Positions 10,053-20,211 of a DNA stretch of 64,000 nucleotides are shown one piece after another (positions within the stretch are counted from its first letter, which is position 1; every line of letters starts with the position of its first letter). Source of the DNA: Candidatus Omnitrophota bacterium. GTDB lineage: Bacteria; Omnitrophota; Gorgyraeia; 2-01-FULL-45-10. Where the stretch lies: assembly GCA_016935115.1 (NCBI GenBank), contig JAFGRN010000002.1:3748-67747 (forward strand), given 5' to 3'. A program made the translations under genes and the position numbers. The notes below the pieces were generated by a model that worked only from the letters and a program-made list of their open reading frames with translations, did not search any database and was not told the origin of the DNA.

Positions 10053-11056
10053 AGTATTATGAATTCATCTTTTTTGTAAGTTCTTTTTGCCCGCCTGCCT
10101 ATAACCGAATCCCATTTTATAGGGCTCATCCCATAGGCGGGACGTTTTGTGGTAATATTAGCCTCGAAAAATTCTTCGCCTTTCCCTATGTGGCGGGCAG
10201 CCACGATACTTTTTCGTACAATATCTCTATTTTTTAGCTCTGCAGCGAGGGGCCTTTTGATACCGTCTCCGAGGCCTTTTTCCACGTTGCGCACAGCGCT
10301 GACCATTTCATTAAACTCGCGTGGTTCCAGCGATGCCCGGTGATCCGGCCCCCTCATATTTTTATCAAGAGTAAAATGCTTTTCGATAACCGTCGCTCCG
10401 AGCGCCACGGCCGCTATTGCCATCTCCGTGCCGGGCGTATGATCAGAATACCCCACATTCACTCCCAGGACTTTTTTCATAGTCAGCATAGCATTTAGGT
10501 TTGCATTTTCAAAAGGCGCGGGATATGCCGTGGTGCATTGCATAATGGTAATATCATCTTTTCGGGTGCCGCAGGATACTAAAATCTTTATCGCCTCTCT
10601 GACTTCATCAAGATCCGACATGCCGGTAGACAACAGGATCTTCCTCTTCAAGGCTCCTGCTTTTCTAAGATACGGCACATTATCAATCTCGCCGGAAGGT
10701 ATCTTGAGGGTGCGAAGCCCGAGCCGCGATAAAAAATTCAGGCTTTCTATGTCAAAAGCGCTTGACATGAACTCAATGCGCATTTTTTTGCAGTGAGCTT
10801 GCAACTTAATAAAGGCGCCTTTATTAAGCTCCAATTTTTTCAGCATTTGAAATTGTGACCGAAAACCCTTGGCGGCTCTCTTCTGATATTCGGCTTGCGG
10901 CGCGCTTTTCGTGGCAATTGCCCCGGCGATAAATGTTTGAAATTTTATACCGTCCGCGCCGGATTTCGCTGCAGCATATACCATCTTCCTGGCAGCTCCC
11001 AAGCTACCGTTATGATTAACACCCGCCTCAGCTATGATAAAGGTCTTATTTGCCAT
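10049..11056 (-). CDS. neuB: Nonulosonate synthase (NeuB/LegI)
   Basis: Likely start MANKTFIIAEAGVNHNG at 11056 (ORF track extends to 11155); KFQTF, KIPSGE, STGM, GYSDHT, IEKHFT, C-terminal AFP-like domain. Confidence 0.93.
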   Translation of the reverse strand: MANKTFIIAEAGVNHNGSLGAARKMVYAAAKSGADGIKFQTFIAGAIATKSAPQAEYQKRAAKGFRSQFQMLKKLELNKGAFIKLQAHCKKMRIEFMSSAFDIESLNFLSRLGLRTLKIPSGEIDNVPYLRKAGALKRKILLSTGMSDLDEVREAIKILVSCGTRKDDITIMQCTTAYPAPFENANLNAMLTMKKVLGVNVGYSDHTPGTEMAIAAVALGATVIEKHFTLDKNMRGPDHRASLEPREFNEMVSAVRNVEKGLGDGIKRPLAAELKNRDIVRKSIVAARHIGKGEEFFEANITTKRPAYGMSPIKWDSVIGRRAKRTYKKDEFIIL

Positions 11057-11762
11057 GTGCCTCCGGCATATATACAAATCTGTAGCCATGCAGCTCCAGG
11101 CAGGCACCCTGCATAGCCGGGTAAGCGGTTGCCTTGATACGCCTTGCGATCTCATCTTTTTCCATATCAGGGCTCAACCGGCATAAATCATTGAGTTCTC
11201 TACGGGTGTAAAGCCTGTCGCTCCAGCGTTCTGTGGCAGAACAACAGGATAGCGCGCCTGTAGATACATATTTTTCGAAAACTCGATGGAATTGCCGGGC
11301 CAGGTGATCATAACATTTTTGGGTCAGAGAATAGACCGTATCCCCGGGTGATATCGCAAATCTTGCCACATCAACTATTCTGCCGGAATCTACATTCGCG
11401 GCCATAAGGTGCGCCGTAACCCCATATTTTGTCTCCCCGTTATATATGGCGAAATTGGTACATCCTATACCGCGATATTCAGGCGGCCCAGGATGGAAGT
11501 TGATGGAGAATTCTCTTATACTATCCAAAACCCCGGAGGGAACTATCCACGGCGACAGATACGATATGCATATATCGTACCCATGCCTTTCTACCCCCCG
11601 GGGAAAAGGGTCTCCTACTTTTCCGATAAAGCTGTCCACTATGCCGAAACATTTCCGTAAAATACCAAGCGCCTTTTTAAGCCCAGGTTTATCCTTGGCG
11701 AATAAAACCACCTTTTTGTCCTGCATCCTCTTTGTCACACAACCAGGCCCATTCCCTTTCAT
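11046..11762 (-). CDS. Formyltransferase-family protein (putative sugar N-formyltransferase)
   Basis: INFHPGPPEYRG, GVTAHLM, VDSG (Asn/His/Asp catalytic positions); ATGA-coupled to the upstream gene. Confidence 0.75.
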   Translation of the reverse strand: MKGNGPGCVTKRMQDKKVVLFAKDKPGLKKALGILRKCFGIVDSFIGKVGDPFPRGVERHGYDICISYLSPWIVPSGVLDSIREFSINFHPGPPEYRGIGCTNFAIYNGETKYGVTAHLMAANVDSGRIVDVARFAISPGDTVYSLTQKCYDHLARQFHRVFEKYVSTGALSCCSATERWSDRLYTRRELNDLCRLSPDMEKDEIARRIKATAYPAMQGACLELHGYRFVYMPEAHGK

Positions 11763-13813
11763 TTCAATACGCCCTCCGGCCGCACGAGTGGCTTCACCTT
11801 CCTGAAATAGTTATCGATATGAACCAGGGTTGTCGTCTTAAACAACCCGTAGGGATTATTTTCATCGACGTCGTACCTTTCGATCACGGTGCTTATAAGC
11901 TTGGCCTGATCATCCGATATCTCAAATGTTATGGCCACGGGATGTTCCAGCTTATAATCCGAGAGTTTCCCCCGGAATCCCGACTCGATCCATTTCAGTA
12001 TGTCATGCCGCACGGTGATCACTTTTTCTCTCACGATATTTTTGGATATGACGCCGGATAATTTTGCCAGGATATACTCGCGTATATCGGCCATCTCTTC
12101 ACGGATCCGGGCCGCCTCACCCTTTTTCCCGTCGGTTAAGTAACGCCCGGCCATCTCCGAAAAATATGCCGCGTACGTATCAAAATATACCGAGGACGCG
12201 AATATGCTGCACTTCTGCATGAGGTTATCCCCCTGCTCGCGCTCCACCAGCTTCCTGTAATTCTCTTCTTTCGAATAGAACCGGATCAGCTCCTCGGGCG
12301 AGTTCCAGAGCTCCGATCTTGCCTCAGCGGTAAATTTTCCGAAGCACCCGGCGGCCTTAGACCTGTTTTTCCTCAGGTCCTCAAAAACGTAGACCAGCCA
12401 GTCAAATATATCGACTCCATACTGTTTCATGTATTCGATGAGCTCGCGGTATATGCCGTTATTCACGAGAAGCCTTAACAGGCCGTGGAAACTCCGGAAG
12501 TATATGTAATCCTCAAAATTATACGAATTCGTGCCGACGACGACCTTCTCTATCTCGAAGCTGTACTTTCCATTCACCTTCCCGAAGTTTCTCGGTATGA
12601 GACGATAGCGTATGTCATATTTGAACTTTTCGTGCGCTTCTTCCGAATCCAGCTCTATCCCGTCGAGGAGCATAAATGTGAAGGGATCCACGAAATCGAA
12701 ATTATACTTCATCATATCCCGGAGGGTATTCATGTGAGACTGTCGGGTTTCGTGGGGAAGCCCCGTGATGATCTCGGTACTGACATTCTTATTCATACTG
12801 TGCACCAGATTTATGTATTCTACGATCTTATCCCCGCTGAGATTGCGCCTCTTTATGCCCTCCAGAACCTTCTGGTCTGTGGACTGCATAGCAAGCCCGT
12901 ACTTCATGCCCTTGAGCCTGGAGATGCGCTTTATATGCTCACTCGTGGCGGCTTTGCCATAGGGCGCAGTAAAGATCCTGGGATAGTCTAACTCCTGCTG
13001 TAACCTGTACACGACATCGACCGTATCATAATCCCTTTCATACAAGCCAAAATTGGAATCGCATACCATAAGATCATAAATATTATTAGCTATCGCCATT
13101 TTCGATATATACTCCAGTTCTTTTCTTATCCTGTCCATACTGAAATTACCTATGCGCCTGTTCTGTTCATTAGAAGCCCAGCAGTACGCGCATGTATGAG
13201 GACAGCCTCTTGTCGTCTGCATGGACGGAGTAAACCTCTTCTCATTAAAAAACTTGTCCATTAAACCGGTAAGGTGCGGCGACGGAAATATGTCAAGCTC
13301 TTTTGGGCGCGAAATATTCGCGCCAGCTACAAACTCTCCTTTTTTGTTAATACATAATACGCCTTCTATTGGTGTGCTCTTCATTTTTTCAATATCACAA
13401 CCTGTATCGAAATAGGCATTTAGAAGATTAGAAAAAGCTATCTCCCCATCATACGGAATCAAAAAATCGATATGGCTATTTTCCTGGAGAAATAATTTTT
13501 GCCTTTTCTTATCCAGCGGAAAGGCGAGCCCCCCGAAGACTATCATAGAATCGGGATTTTTCTGCTTTACATATTTACTTGCCATCAAAGCGACATTCTT
13601 ATTCCATACATAACATGAACCGGCAAATATATCCGGAGGGTTATTCTCGACCAATTTAAAAAATTCGTCCGCATATTTAAAGATGCCTGCACTACATCTG
13701 GATCCGAAATTAGCCAGCGCATATGCCGCAACATACGCGCTGCCAAGCGGCATTACATCACATGCCAGGATACCATCATTATAAGTAAGATCCGCAAAAT
13801 ATATTTTCCTCAT
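11759..13813 (-). CDS. Cobalamin-dependent radical SAM enzyme (long type, 684 aa)
   Basis: ADLTY..PLGSAYVA B12 domain, DGE, TTRGCPHTCAYC, DSNFG, GLPHET, extended C-terminal domain. Confidence 0.9.
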   Translation of the reverse strand: MRKIYFADLTYNDGILACDVMPLGSAYVAAYALANFGSRCSAGIFKYADEFFKLVENNPPDIFAGSCYVWNKNVALMASKYVKQKNPDSMIVFGGLAFPLDKKRQKLFLQENSHIDFLIPYDGEIAFSNLLNAYFDTGCDIEKMKSTPIEGVLCINKKGEFVAGANISRPKELDIFPSPHLTGLMDKFFNEKRFTPSMQTTRGCPHTCAYCWASNEQNRRIGNFSMDRIRKELEYISKMAIANNIYDLMVCDSNFGLYERDYDTVDVVYRLQQELDYPRIFTAPYGKAATSEHIKRISRLKGMKYGLAMQSTDQKVLEGIKRRNLSGDKIVEYINLVHSMNKNVSTEIITGLPHETRQSHMNTLRDMMKYNFDFVDPFTFMLLDGIELDSEEAHEKFKYDIRYRLIPRNFGKVNGKYSFEIEKVVVGTNSYNFEDYIYFRSFHGLLRLLVNNGIYRELIEYMKQYGVDIFDWLVYVFEDLRKNRSKAAGCFGKFTAEARSELWNSPEELIRFYSKEENYRKLVEREQGDNLMQKCSIFASSVYFDTYAAYFSEMAGRYLTDGKKGEAARIREEMADIREYILAKLSGVISKNIVREKVITVRHDILKWIESGFRGKLSDYKLEHPVAITFEISDDQAKLISTVIERYDVDENNPYGLFKTTTLVHIDNYFRKVKPLVRPEGVLK

Positions 13814-14922
13814 TAGGCAATCAGCTCCTTTAGCTTGGTCGTAACACGATATATATCATCCTTCGTATTCATTACGGAACTCGGAAGGCATAGGCCCCTG
13901 TCGTAAAGACCGCGCGACCGACTGTAATCACCCTTTCCGTACTTCCTATATGGCGGAAACCCGGTCGCAGGCATAAAGATCCGCCTGGTCGGAATATTAT
14001 GTTTCATGAGTTTCTTCTGCAGCCTGGCTATATTAATGCCATCGGCAAAAGATACACAGGTAAACCAATTTGAGCTCCGGCCTCCGTCGCATTCCTCCTG
14101 AAAACGTATAGTCTTGATACCACCGAGCTTCTCGCGGTATATAGAATTGATCCGGTTCTTGCTGGCCAGAAACCGGTTGATTTTTTTCAGCTGCGCGAGG
14201 CCGAGTGCTGCCTCTATATTGGTCATCCTGTAATTGAATCCCATCTCAGGGTGGTAGAGGGAATTTGCCTTATCCTTTGCCTGATTCACGAGAAACTTTA
14301 TATGCCCCGCCTTCCCCGCGTCCCGGCTGACGACCATGCCTCCGCCGCCGGTCGTTATGATCTTGTTGCCGTTAAAACTGAAGCAACCGAAATCGCCGAA
14401 TGTGCCGGTCTGCCTGCCCTTATATGTGGCACCAAGACTCTCCGTGGCATCCTCTATTACGGCCAGCCCGTGCTTCCTGGCTATTCTCATGATAGCGCCC
14501 ATATCGCAAGGATTTCCATACAGATGCACCGGCAGTATCGCCTTCGTTCTCCTGTTTATTAGGCGCTCTATGCGGCAGGGGTCTATATTCCACGTCCGGC
14601 TGTCGATATCCGCAAAGACCGGCCTTGCGCCGACATAAAGGACCGGATTTATTGACGCTATAAAAGTTAGCGCCGGCACTATGACCTCGTCTCCCCGCCC
14701 AATTTTCAATTCATGAAGCGCCATATGCAGCGCCGCCGTCCCGCTCTGAGTGGCGACAGCATTTCTCGACCCGACATAACGCGCGAAGGCTTCTTCAAAA
14801 TCGAAAACAAACCGCCCGGCGCTCGACACGTAGCCGGTATCCACGGCTCTGCTGAGATATCTCTTCTCCGCGGCCCCGATGCTCGGCGCATCGAGATATA
14901 TAGTCTTATATATTGTAGACAT
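13813..14922 (-). CDS. legC: LegC-type PLP aminotransferase (DegT/DnrJ family)
   Basis: VSSAG, SGTAALH, EDATESLG, FSFNGNKIITTGGGG, FNYRMTNIEAALG. Confidence 0.85.
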   Translation of the reverse strand: MSTIYKTIYLDAPSIGAAEKRYLSRAVDTGYVSSAGRFVFDFEEAFARYVGSRNAVATQSGTAALHMALHELKIGRGDEVIVPALTFIASINPVLYVGARPVFADIDSRTWNIDPCRIERLINRRTKAILPVHLYGNPCDMGAIMRIARKHGLAVIEDATESLGATYKGRQTGTFGDFGCFSFNGNKIITTGGGGMVVSRDAGKAGHIKFLVNQAKDKANSLYHPEMGFNYRMTNIEAALGLAQLKKINRFLASKNRINSIYREKLGGIKTIRFQEECDGGRSSNWFTCVSFADGINIARLQKKLMKHNIPTRRIFMPATGFPPYRKYGKGDYSRSRGLYDRGLCLPSSVMNTKDDIYRVTTKLKELIA

Positions 14923-15904
14923 CGCTCCTGTAAAATTTCATATTGTCCTTACTGCGAAACCACTCTATCGTCTCTTTCAGGCCCTCTTCCAGCGAATACC
15001 CGGGACGCCATCCCGCCAGCTTCCTGATCCTGGCATTGCTTCCCACCAGCCTCTCAACCTCACTCTTTTTCGGCCTGAACCTTTTACCGTCGGATATTAT
15101 CCTGGCTCCGGGGTTGATCATCGAGATCAGCTTCCGGGCAAGATCCTTTATGGATATCTCGCTCCCCGTGGCGATGTTGATCTCCTTCCCTATGGTTTTT
15201 TCCGAACGCGCTATCGCGACAAAGCCATTGGCAACATCCTTCACGAAGACCAGATCCCTCGTCGGATAGACGTTTCCGAGCTCAATATCCCTCCTGCCGG
15301 ACAGGAGCTGTGTTATTATGGTAGGTATCACCGCCCTGGCCGACTGCCTTGGCCCGTACGTATTGAACGGCCTGACGATGGTTACAGGCAGCCCAAAACT
15401 CCTGTAAAAAGATTCTGCGATGGCATCGGCCGCGATCTTCGTAGCGGAGTATGGCGATTGACCCTGCCTGGGATGCTTCTCGTCCATCGGCGCATATCTG
15501 GCTGTGCCGTATGTTTCGGAAGTCGATGTAACCAATACATTCTTCACGCCTATATCCTTTGCCGCCTGGAGGACATTCAGAGTTCCTTTTATGTTGGTGT
15601 CTACATAGCTTTCCGGAGAGTGGTAGCTGAATGGGATGCCGATAAGGGCCGCGAGATGGAATATGATATCCGTACCCCTGGCCGCTACCCTGACGTTGTC
15701 GGAGTCCCTGACATCTCCGAGCGCAATATCGATCTTTTTCATCTTCTCCTTGGGAAATGAATCCAGCCAGCCCAGGCTGTTGAAGGAGTTATAGAGCACG
15801 AACGCCCTGACCTTGCACCCTTCTTCCAGTAACTTCTCGACAAGGTGGCTTCCTATGAAACCCTCGGCCCCCGTAACCAGGACTCTCTTCCCCTTAAGGA
15901 TCAT
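14906..15904 (-). CDS. legB: LegB-type NDP-GlcNAc 4,6-dehydratase
   Basis: VTGAEGFIGSHL, YNSFNSLGWLD, HLAALIGIPFSY, STSETYG, YSATK, RPFNTYGPRQSARA. Confidence 0.9.
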   Translation of the reverse strand: MILKGKRVLVTGAEGFIGSHLVEKLLEEGCKVRAFVLYNSFNSLGWLDSFPKEKMKKIDIALGDVRDSDNVRVAARGTDIIFHLAALIGIPFSYHSPESYVDTNIKGTLNVLQAAKDIGVKNVLVTSTSETYGTARYAPMDEKHPRQGQSPYSATKIAADAIAESFYRSFGLPVTIVRPFNTYGPRQSARAVIPTIITQLLSGRRDIELGNVYPTRDLVFVKDVANGFVAIARSEKTIGKEINIATGSEISIKDLARKLISMINPGARIISDGKRFRPKKSEVERLVGSNARIRKLAGWRPGYSLEEGLKETIEWFRSKDNMKFYRSDVYNI

Positions 15905-17355
15905 TTTCTACCCCCTACCTTCTCCTGTTTTCTATCGTAGTGTCTGGCTCCGCGAAACTTATATTCGCCCTTGAAGTAAAGGTTATAAAACTGTTCTATC
16001 AGATGATTCGCTTCCTTCATGTCCCCGGCCGTATGCTCATAATGGTCTATTATGAGCTCCTTATTCACATTGAAGAGGCTCTCATAAAATTGTTTTTCCG
16101 GAATATCCGTAAAGTTCACTGTCAACAGGTCTGAATTTTTGAAACGCTCGAAGAAATCTTCCGGGCCGCTCAGCAGTCCGCGCCTTATAGCCTCATAGTA
16201 GAGATCACACCCGGGGTATGGCGTCACGGGCCGTATTGTCCGCAGATGATAGTATGTATTTAGCTCCCGAATGAGGCGCACGTTCGATTTAAGCGACGCC
16301 TCGGTATCGCCTATATTCCCCCACAGGAAGTTCAGTCCTATGCCCACGCCCGTCTTCTTCGCTATCCTGACCGCTTTTATATTCTGCTCCACCGTGGTCC
16401 TCTTACCCATGGCGTTGAGCACATTCTGGTCCGACGACTCAAGCCCGAAATTCAGGAAGACGCACCCGCACTCGGCCAGCGTATGAGCTATCTCCTCATC
16501 GAATATATCCACCCTTGCATCACAGTTAAATGTTATTTTAAGGCCCGCCGATTTCAAGGCGTCCCTGAACTCGAGAAGCCTTCTCCTGGACGATATGAAG
16601 AGCTCGTCCTGCATATTGAAATGCCTTACGCCGTACTGTTGATAAAGGATCTTCATCTCCTCTATCACATTGTTTATGCTCCTTAAACGTATGCCCGATT
16701 CCATGCGGTAACAGAAGTTACAGCGATTGGTGCATCCGCGGCCCGTTATGACCGCCAGGACCTTCCCGCCCTCTTCCATGCCCTTCAATCCGACGCAATC
16801 GGCGTAATCCTTCATGGGAAAGATCTCCCACGCCGGGAATGGAAAACGGTCGAGCTGTCTCGACGGTTCCCGCCTCTTGTTCACTACGACGCCATCCCCC
16901 GACCTGAAGGCTATGCCGTCGACATTCGAAATGTCGTTACCGCCGGCAATCTTGCATTTCAGGAGGTCAACCATCGTCTCCTCCGCATCGCCTATGGCCA
17001 CAATATCCGCGCCCGTTGTCTTTATCATATATTCGGGTATCGATGACGGGCCATGCGCACCCAGCACGAGCCAGGCGCCCCCTTTATACTGATTAATGAC
17101 TTCACACAGGTCCAGGACGGTCTCCTTGAACCTGGCGGCCATAAATCCCACACCTATCAGGTCATAGGATCCGTTTTGCAGATACCGCCTGACCAGTTCT
17201 TCATTGGAATAATGAAATACGTCCTGGCACGCCACCGTAACCTCGGCCCCGGATGCTTTAAGAGCCGAAGCGATATACGCGGGCCCGAGCGGAAAGATAT
17301 TATCTTCCTGATAGACGTCGTGTATGATCAGCAGAACCCTGCCTCCGCGACTCAT
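15901..17355 (-). CDS. Cobalamin-dependent radical SAM enzyme (short type), paralog of 3063-4451
   Basis: FPLGPAYIASAL, TGRGCTNRCNFC, RTIRPVTPYPG..LYY..AI..GLL shared with 3063-4451. Confidence 0.92.
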   Translation of the reverse strand: MSRGGRVLLIIHDVYQEDNIFPLGPAYIASALKASGAEVTVACQDVFHYSNEELVRRYLQNGSYDLIGVGFMAARFKETVLDLCEVINQYKGGAWLVLGAHGPSSIPEYMIKTTGADIVAIGDAEETMVDLLKCKIAGGNDISNVDGIAFRSGDGVVVNKRREPSRQLDRFPFPAWEIFPMKDYADCVGLKGMEEGGKVLAVITGRGCTNRCNFCYRMESGIRLRSINNVIEEMKILYQQYGVRHFNMQDELFISSRRRLLEFRDALKSAGLKITFNCDARVDIFDEEIAHTLAECGCVFLNFGLESSDQNVLNAMGKRTTVEQNIKAVRIAKKTGVGIGLNFLWGNIGDTEASLKSNVRLIRELNTYYHLRTIRPVTPYPGCDLYYEAIRRGLLSGPEDFFERFKNSDLLTVNFTDIPEKQFYESLFNVNKELIIDHYEHTAGDMKEANHLIEQFYNLYFKGEYKFRGARHYDRKQEKVGGRK

Positions 17356-19220
17356 CTTAACACACCCTCTTCTTTTGCTATACAGGACGCGATCCTCGCC
17401 GCCGGTTCTTCCCCCCCGACCGGAAAGACATATTTATCTATCATATCCGGGGAATATTTTGAAGGCAGCGCCCCTTCCTTATATTGTTCAAGGCACCGCC
17501 TTAAGCCGTCCCGGTCGCTGACAAAATAGCATCTCGATTCGAGATCCGCTCTCGTCCTGGCATTCAATATGGAGCAGTCCTTAAAGTAAAGGATTATCGG
17601 GATGGGATACAGAAACGCTATCTGGATCAGCATTGTATCGATATTATCTATGATGAGCATGCCATAATCTCCGAAGATTTCCTCAGCCGGGATCTTCCGC
17701 ACAATACGCGCGTCTTTGCCGTACCGTTTTATCAGCCTATTGAAGTGGGCATTCTGGTAATCATCCTGCCCCGGGTGCACCTTCACATCCAGGCGAAGGG
17801 ATAATTCGGCGGTTACGCCCAGGATATCCTTGTGCACAATATACATTTCACCATCCGGCACGTTATATAGTAGCTTCTTCCATGCGTTGAAATTAAATAC
17901 TGTGGGGCCGAACAGGATGGTCCTGCTCTTCAAGGGCGCGATCTTCGCCTTTTTATAGATATCAAAAAATTTCATGGATCCGCATGTGACACCCCCGGGG
18001 AGACCAAGTTCATCGGCACATATTGCATGCTCGATCTTTGAGTGGTATATCTGTATCTTCCTGATATGTTCATTATGCTCGCAATATTTCTGATGGGGGC
18101 ACTTATGAAACGCCTGAACCGACCCGCCATGCTGAAAATAGAATACCGGGATATTATTCTCCGACGCCACATGGGCATAGAGATCCTCGTATGCCCTGCT
18201 TGAGCCGATGGAATAAAGAAAAGCCGATGGCTTGTATTTCTCTATCATGGCCCTTATGGAAAAATCGAAATGGCTTATACGCTCCACGATGTCACGCCGG
18301 TAAATATCGAAGAGCTCCGCCACATACTGCTCAAATACCGGAAAAAACCTCTTAGAGAATGCCGCCAGCTTGTGCCCGTCCCCCATCGCTTTAACGCCCG
18401 CGCCGGAACTTTTCCCTGCATCAGCCGCCAGTTCCCGAGACACTGAGATGAACTTATGGCCGCGCAGGTGCCTCTTCAAACTGGCCACCTCATAGCCATC
18501 CTGAATCACAAATAATGTTCTGGCGCGACCATTCCGGGCAGAGAAGCCGGCGGACATAATCGAAACTGCCTTTTTCCGGATTTGCTTTAACCTGTAGCAA
18601 AATAATCTCCAGCTGATATATCCCGCGGAAAGCTCTCCCCGCGCGCCGTCGATCCACCTGTATCGTCCTGAAAGACATTGAGACAACATGCGAACTTTAT
18701 TTTCGAGCCCAACGAAACGCGGCATAAAGCCATTCGGCGAGACCAGGATGTTCATTTTGAGCGGCCCGTCCCACTCCTTCCTTCCTACGATAATAAAATC
18801 GCCGTACAACTGTTTCATATTTTCGGATACTTTGGAAACATACAACATATCTATGAAGAGTATCAGAAACCAGTAGATATTAGCCGTATAAGCCCTGGGA
18901 AAGCGCGAGTAATGCCCGTACTGCTTATCGAGATCCGCAAAGAGTCCCTCTGTGGCGGCCTGCAGGGTGCCGGCATCAGAATGAAACTGACTACAGGCAT
19001 AAAAGTCCTCGTTTGTTATGCAGGGAATGCCGTTTTCTTCACAGCTGAACATCGCTCCGGGCGTCATGGCATAAATATCGGCGTCTTTCAGGAGCTCTTC
19101 CCCGAGAAGATCCCGCCTGACATAATCGGTCAATATTACCAGTTTCCTATTACCTCGCGTATCTTTCACCGAATACAGCCTCTCTGCATATCCTGCATTC
19201 CCTGGGTGTCTTATTGTCAT
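17352..19220 (-). CDS. 622-aa hypothetical, putative GT-B-like nonulosonate/polysaccharide transferase
   Basis: FYFQHGG and VKVHP motifs as in capsule/surface-carbohydrate transferase-like proteins; true start may be GTG at 19169. Confidence 0.45.
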   Translation of the reverse strand: MTIRHPGNAGYAERLYSVKDTRGNRKLVILTDYVRRDLLGEELLKDADIYAMTPGAMFSCEENGIPCITNEDFYACSQFHSDAGTLQAATEGLFADLDKQYGHYSRFPRAYTANIYWFLILFIDMLYVSKVSENMKQLYGDFIIVGRKEWDGPLKMNILVSPNGFMPRFVGLENKVRMLSQCLSGRYRWIDGARGELSAGYISWRLFCYRLKQIRKKAVSIMSAGFSARNGRARTLFVIQDGYEVASLKRHLRGHKFISVSRELAADAGKSSGAGVKAMGDGHKLAAFSKRFFPVFEQYVAELFDIYRRDIVERISHFDFSIRAMIEKYKPSAFLYSIGSSRAYEDLYAHVASENNIPVFYFQHGGSVQAFHKCPHQKYCEHNEHIRKIQIYHSKIEHAICADELGLPGGVTCGSMKFFDIYKKAKIAPLKSRTILFGPTVFNFNAWKKLLYNVPDGEMYIVHKDILGVTAELSLRLDVKVHPGQDDYQNAHFNRLIKRYGKDARIVRKIPAEEIFGDYGMLIIDNIDTMLIQIAFLYPIPIILYFKDCSILNARTRADLESRCYFVSDRDGLRRCLEQYKEGALPSKYSPDMIDKYVFPVGGEEPAARIASCIAKEEGVLR

Positions 19221-20211
19221 TCGAGTTGACAGATCTTCTTATTTCCCGCATGCGCATAGAATTCCATATATCGTAAACACTCTCTAAAAATATGTTTCCC
19301 ACTATCAGTGTGGCGCCATACCAATGGCAGCACGGATGGACCGTACCGTCGTGATATATGGTGAGTCTTTGATATGGTTGAGGGCACGGGCCCGGATTTT
19401 TCAGGTCCTTGCTCTCTATATAGAACATCTCCTGCTGGGCATCTCTGCTTGGATAGCCCTGAGCGGGATTTATATAAGCCTGTATGGATACAAAGTCCAC
19501 TTTATCCTTCCAGCTCCGCACAAATTCGTCCAGCTCACGTTCATTTATTTTACTCTTCACGAAAGATACCCTCGTTACCGGAAGCATGCTCTTCAGCTTG
19601 CGCTTCATGGCCAGCAGGGACCTGATATTGGATACCACCCGCTGCAGGTCTCCTCCCTTACGGACAATGCGATATGTAGATTCTGTCGCGGCATCGATCG
19701 AAAAATAGAGCTTTGTAAGTCCGGCGGCTATCAGCTCTGCCGAGAGCTTCCCGGTAAGCAATGTGCCGTTGGTAATCAATATGACGTCCAGGACACCCGC
19801 AGACCGAGCATATGCCACATAGCGGGCTATGTCAGGAATGAGAAGCGATTCGTTGTTCACGCCGAATGTCACCGACCGGAGCCCGCGGCGGATCCCATCA
19901 TCTATTATCTCTTTATATTTGGCGAAGTCGATACGCTTGCCCCTGTTATCCGGATGATAAGGATTGGACGGCTCAAGTTCGCCTGGATCCACCTGCAGGA
20001 TGCACTGCGGACATTGCAGGTTGCATGCCGCGGAGAGCTCAAAGTCGAGATGAATCGGATAATCCTGCACAAGCTCGCAATTGGCGGCCTTTTCCCAGCA
20101 GGCGCGATATTCGCGGTATGGCGCACCCAGAACCTGAGCGACCATGGCATCAGGGTCTTTTGTATACTCAAACTGTTTCCAGCGCTTGACCGTTTTCATA
20201 ATCTCTCTCAA
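19150..20211 (-). CDS. Radical SAM protein with SPASM/twitch domain
   Basis: ACNLQCPQC, ITNGTLL, FSIDA, C-terminal CPQPY..DGTVHPCC..CRIC. Confidence 0.9.
   Translation of the reverse strand: MREIMKTVKRWKQFEYTKDPDAMVAQVLGAPYREYRACWEKAANCELVQDYPIHLDFELSAACNLQCPQCILQVDPGELEPSNPYHPDNRGKRIDFAKYKEIIDDGIRRGLRSVTFGVNNESLLIPDIARYVAYARSAGVLDVILITNGTLLTGKLSAELIAAGLTKLYFSIDAATESTYRIVRKGGDLQRVVSNIRSLLAMKRKLKSMLPVTRVSFVKSKINERELDEFVRSWKDKVDFVSIQAYINPAQGYPSRDAQQEMFYIESKDLKNPGPCPQPYQRLTIYHDGTVHPCCHWYGATLIVGNIFLESVYDIWNSMRMREIRRSVNSNDNKTPRECRICREAVFGERYAR

Noticed and set aside
11056-11155. Long N-terminal extensions in the ORF track (also 34480-34629, 37114-37176, 39231-39269)
   Set aside because: They overlap upstream genes; downstream starts match family N-termini and RBS or coupling patterns
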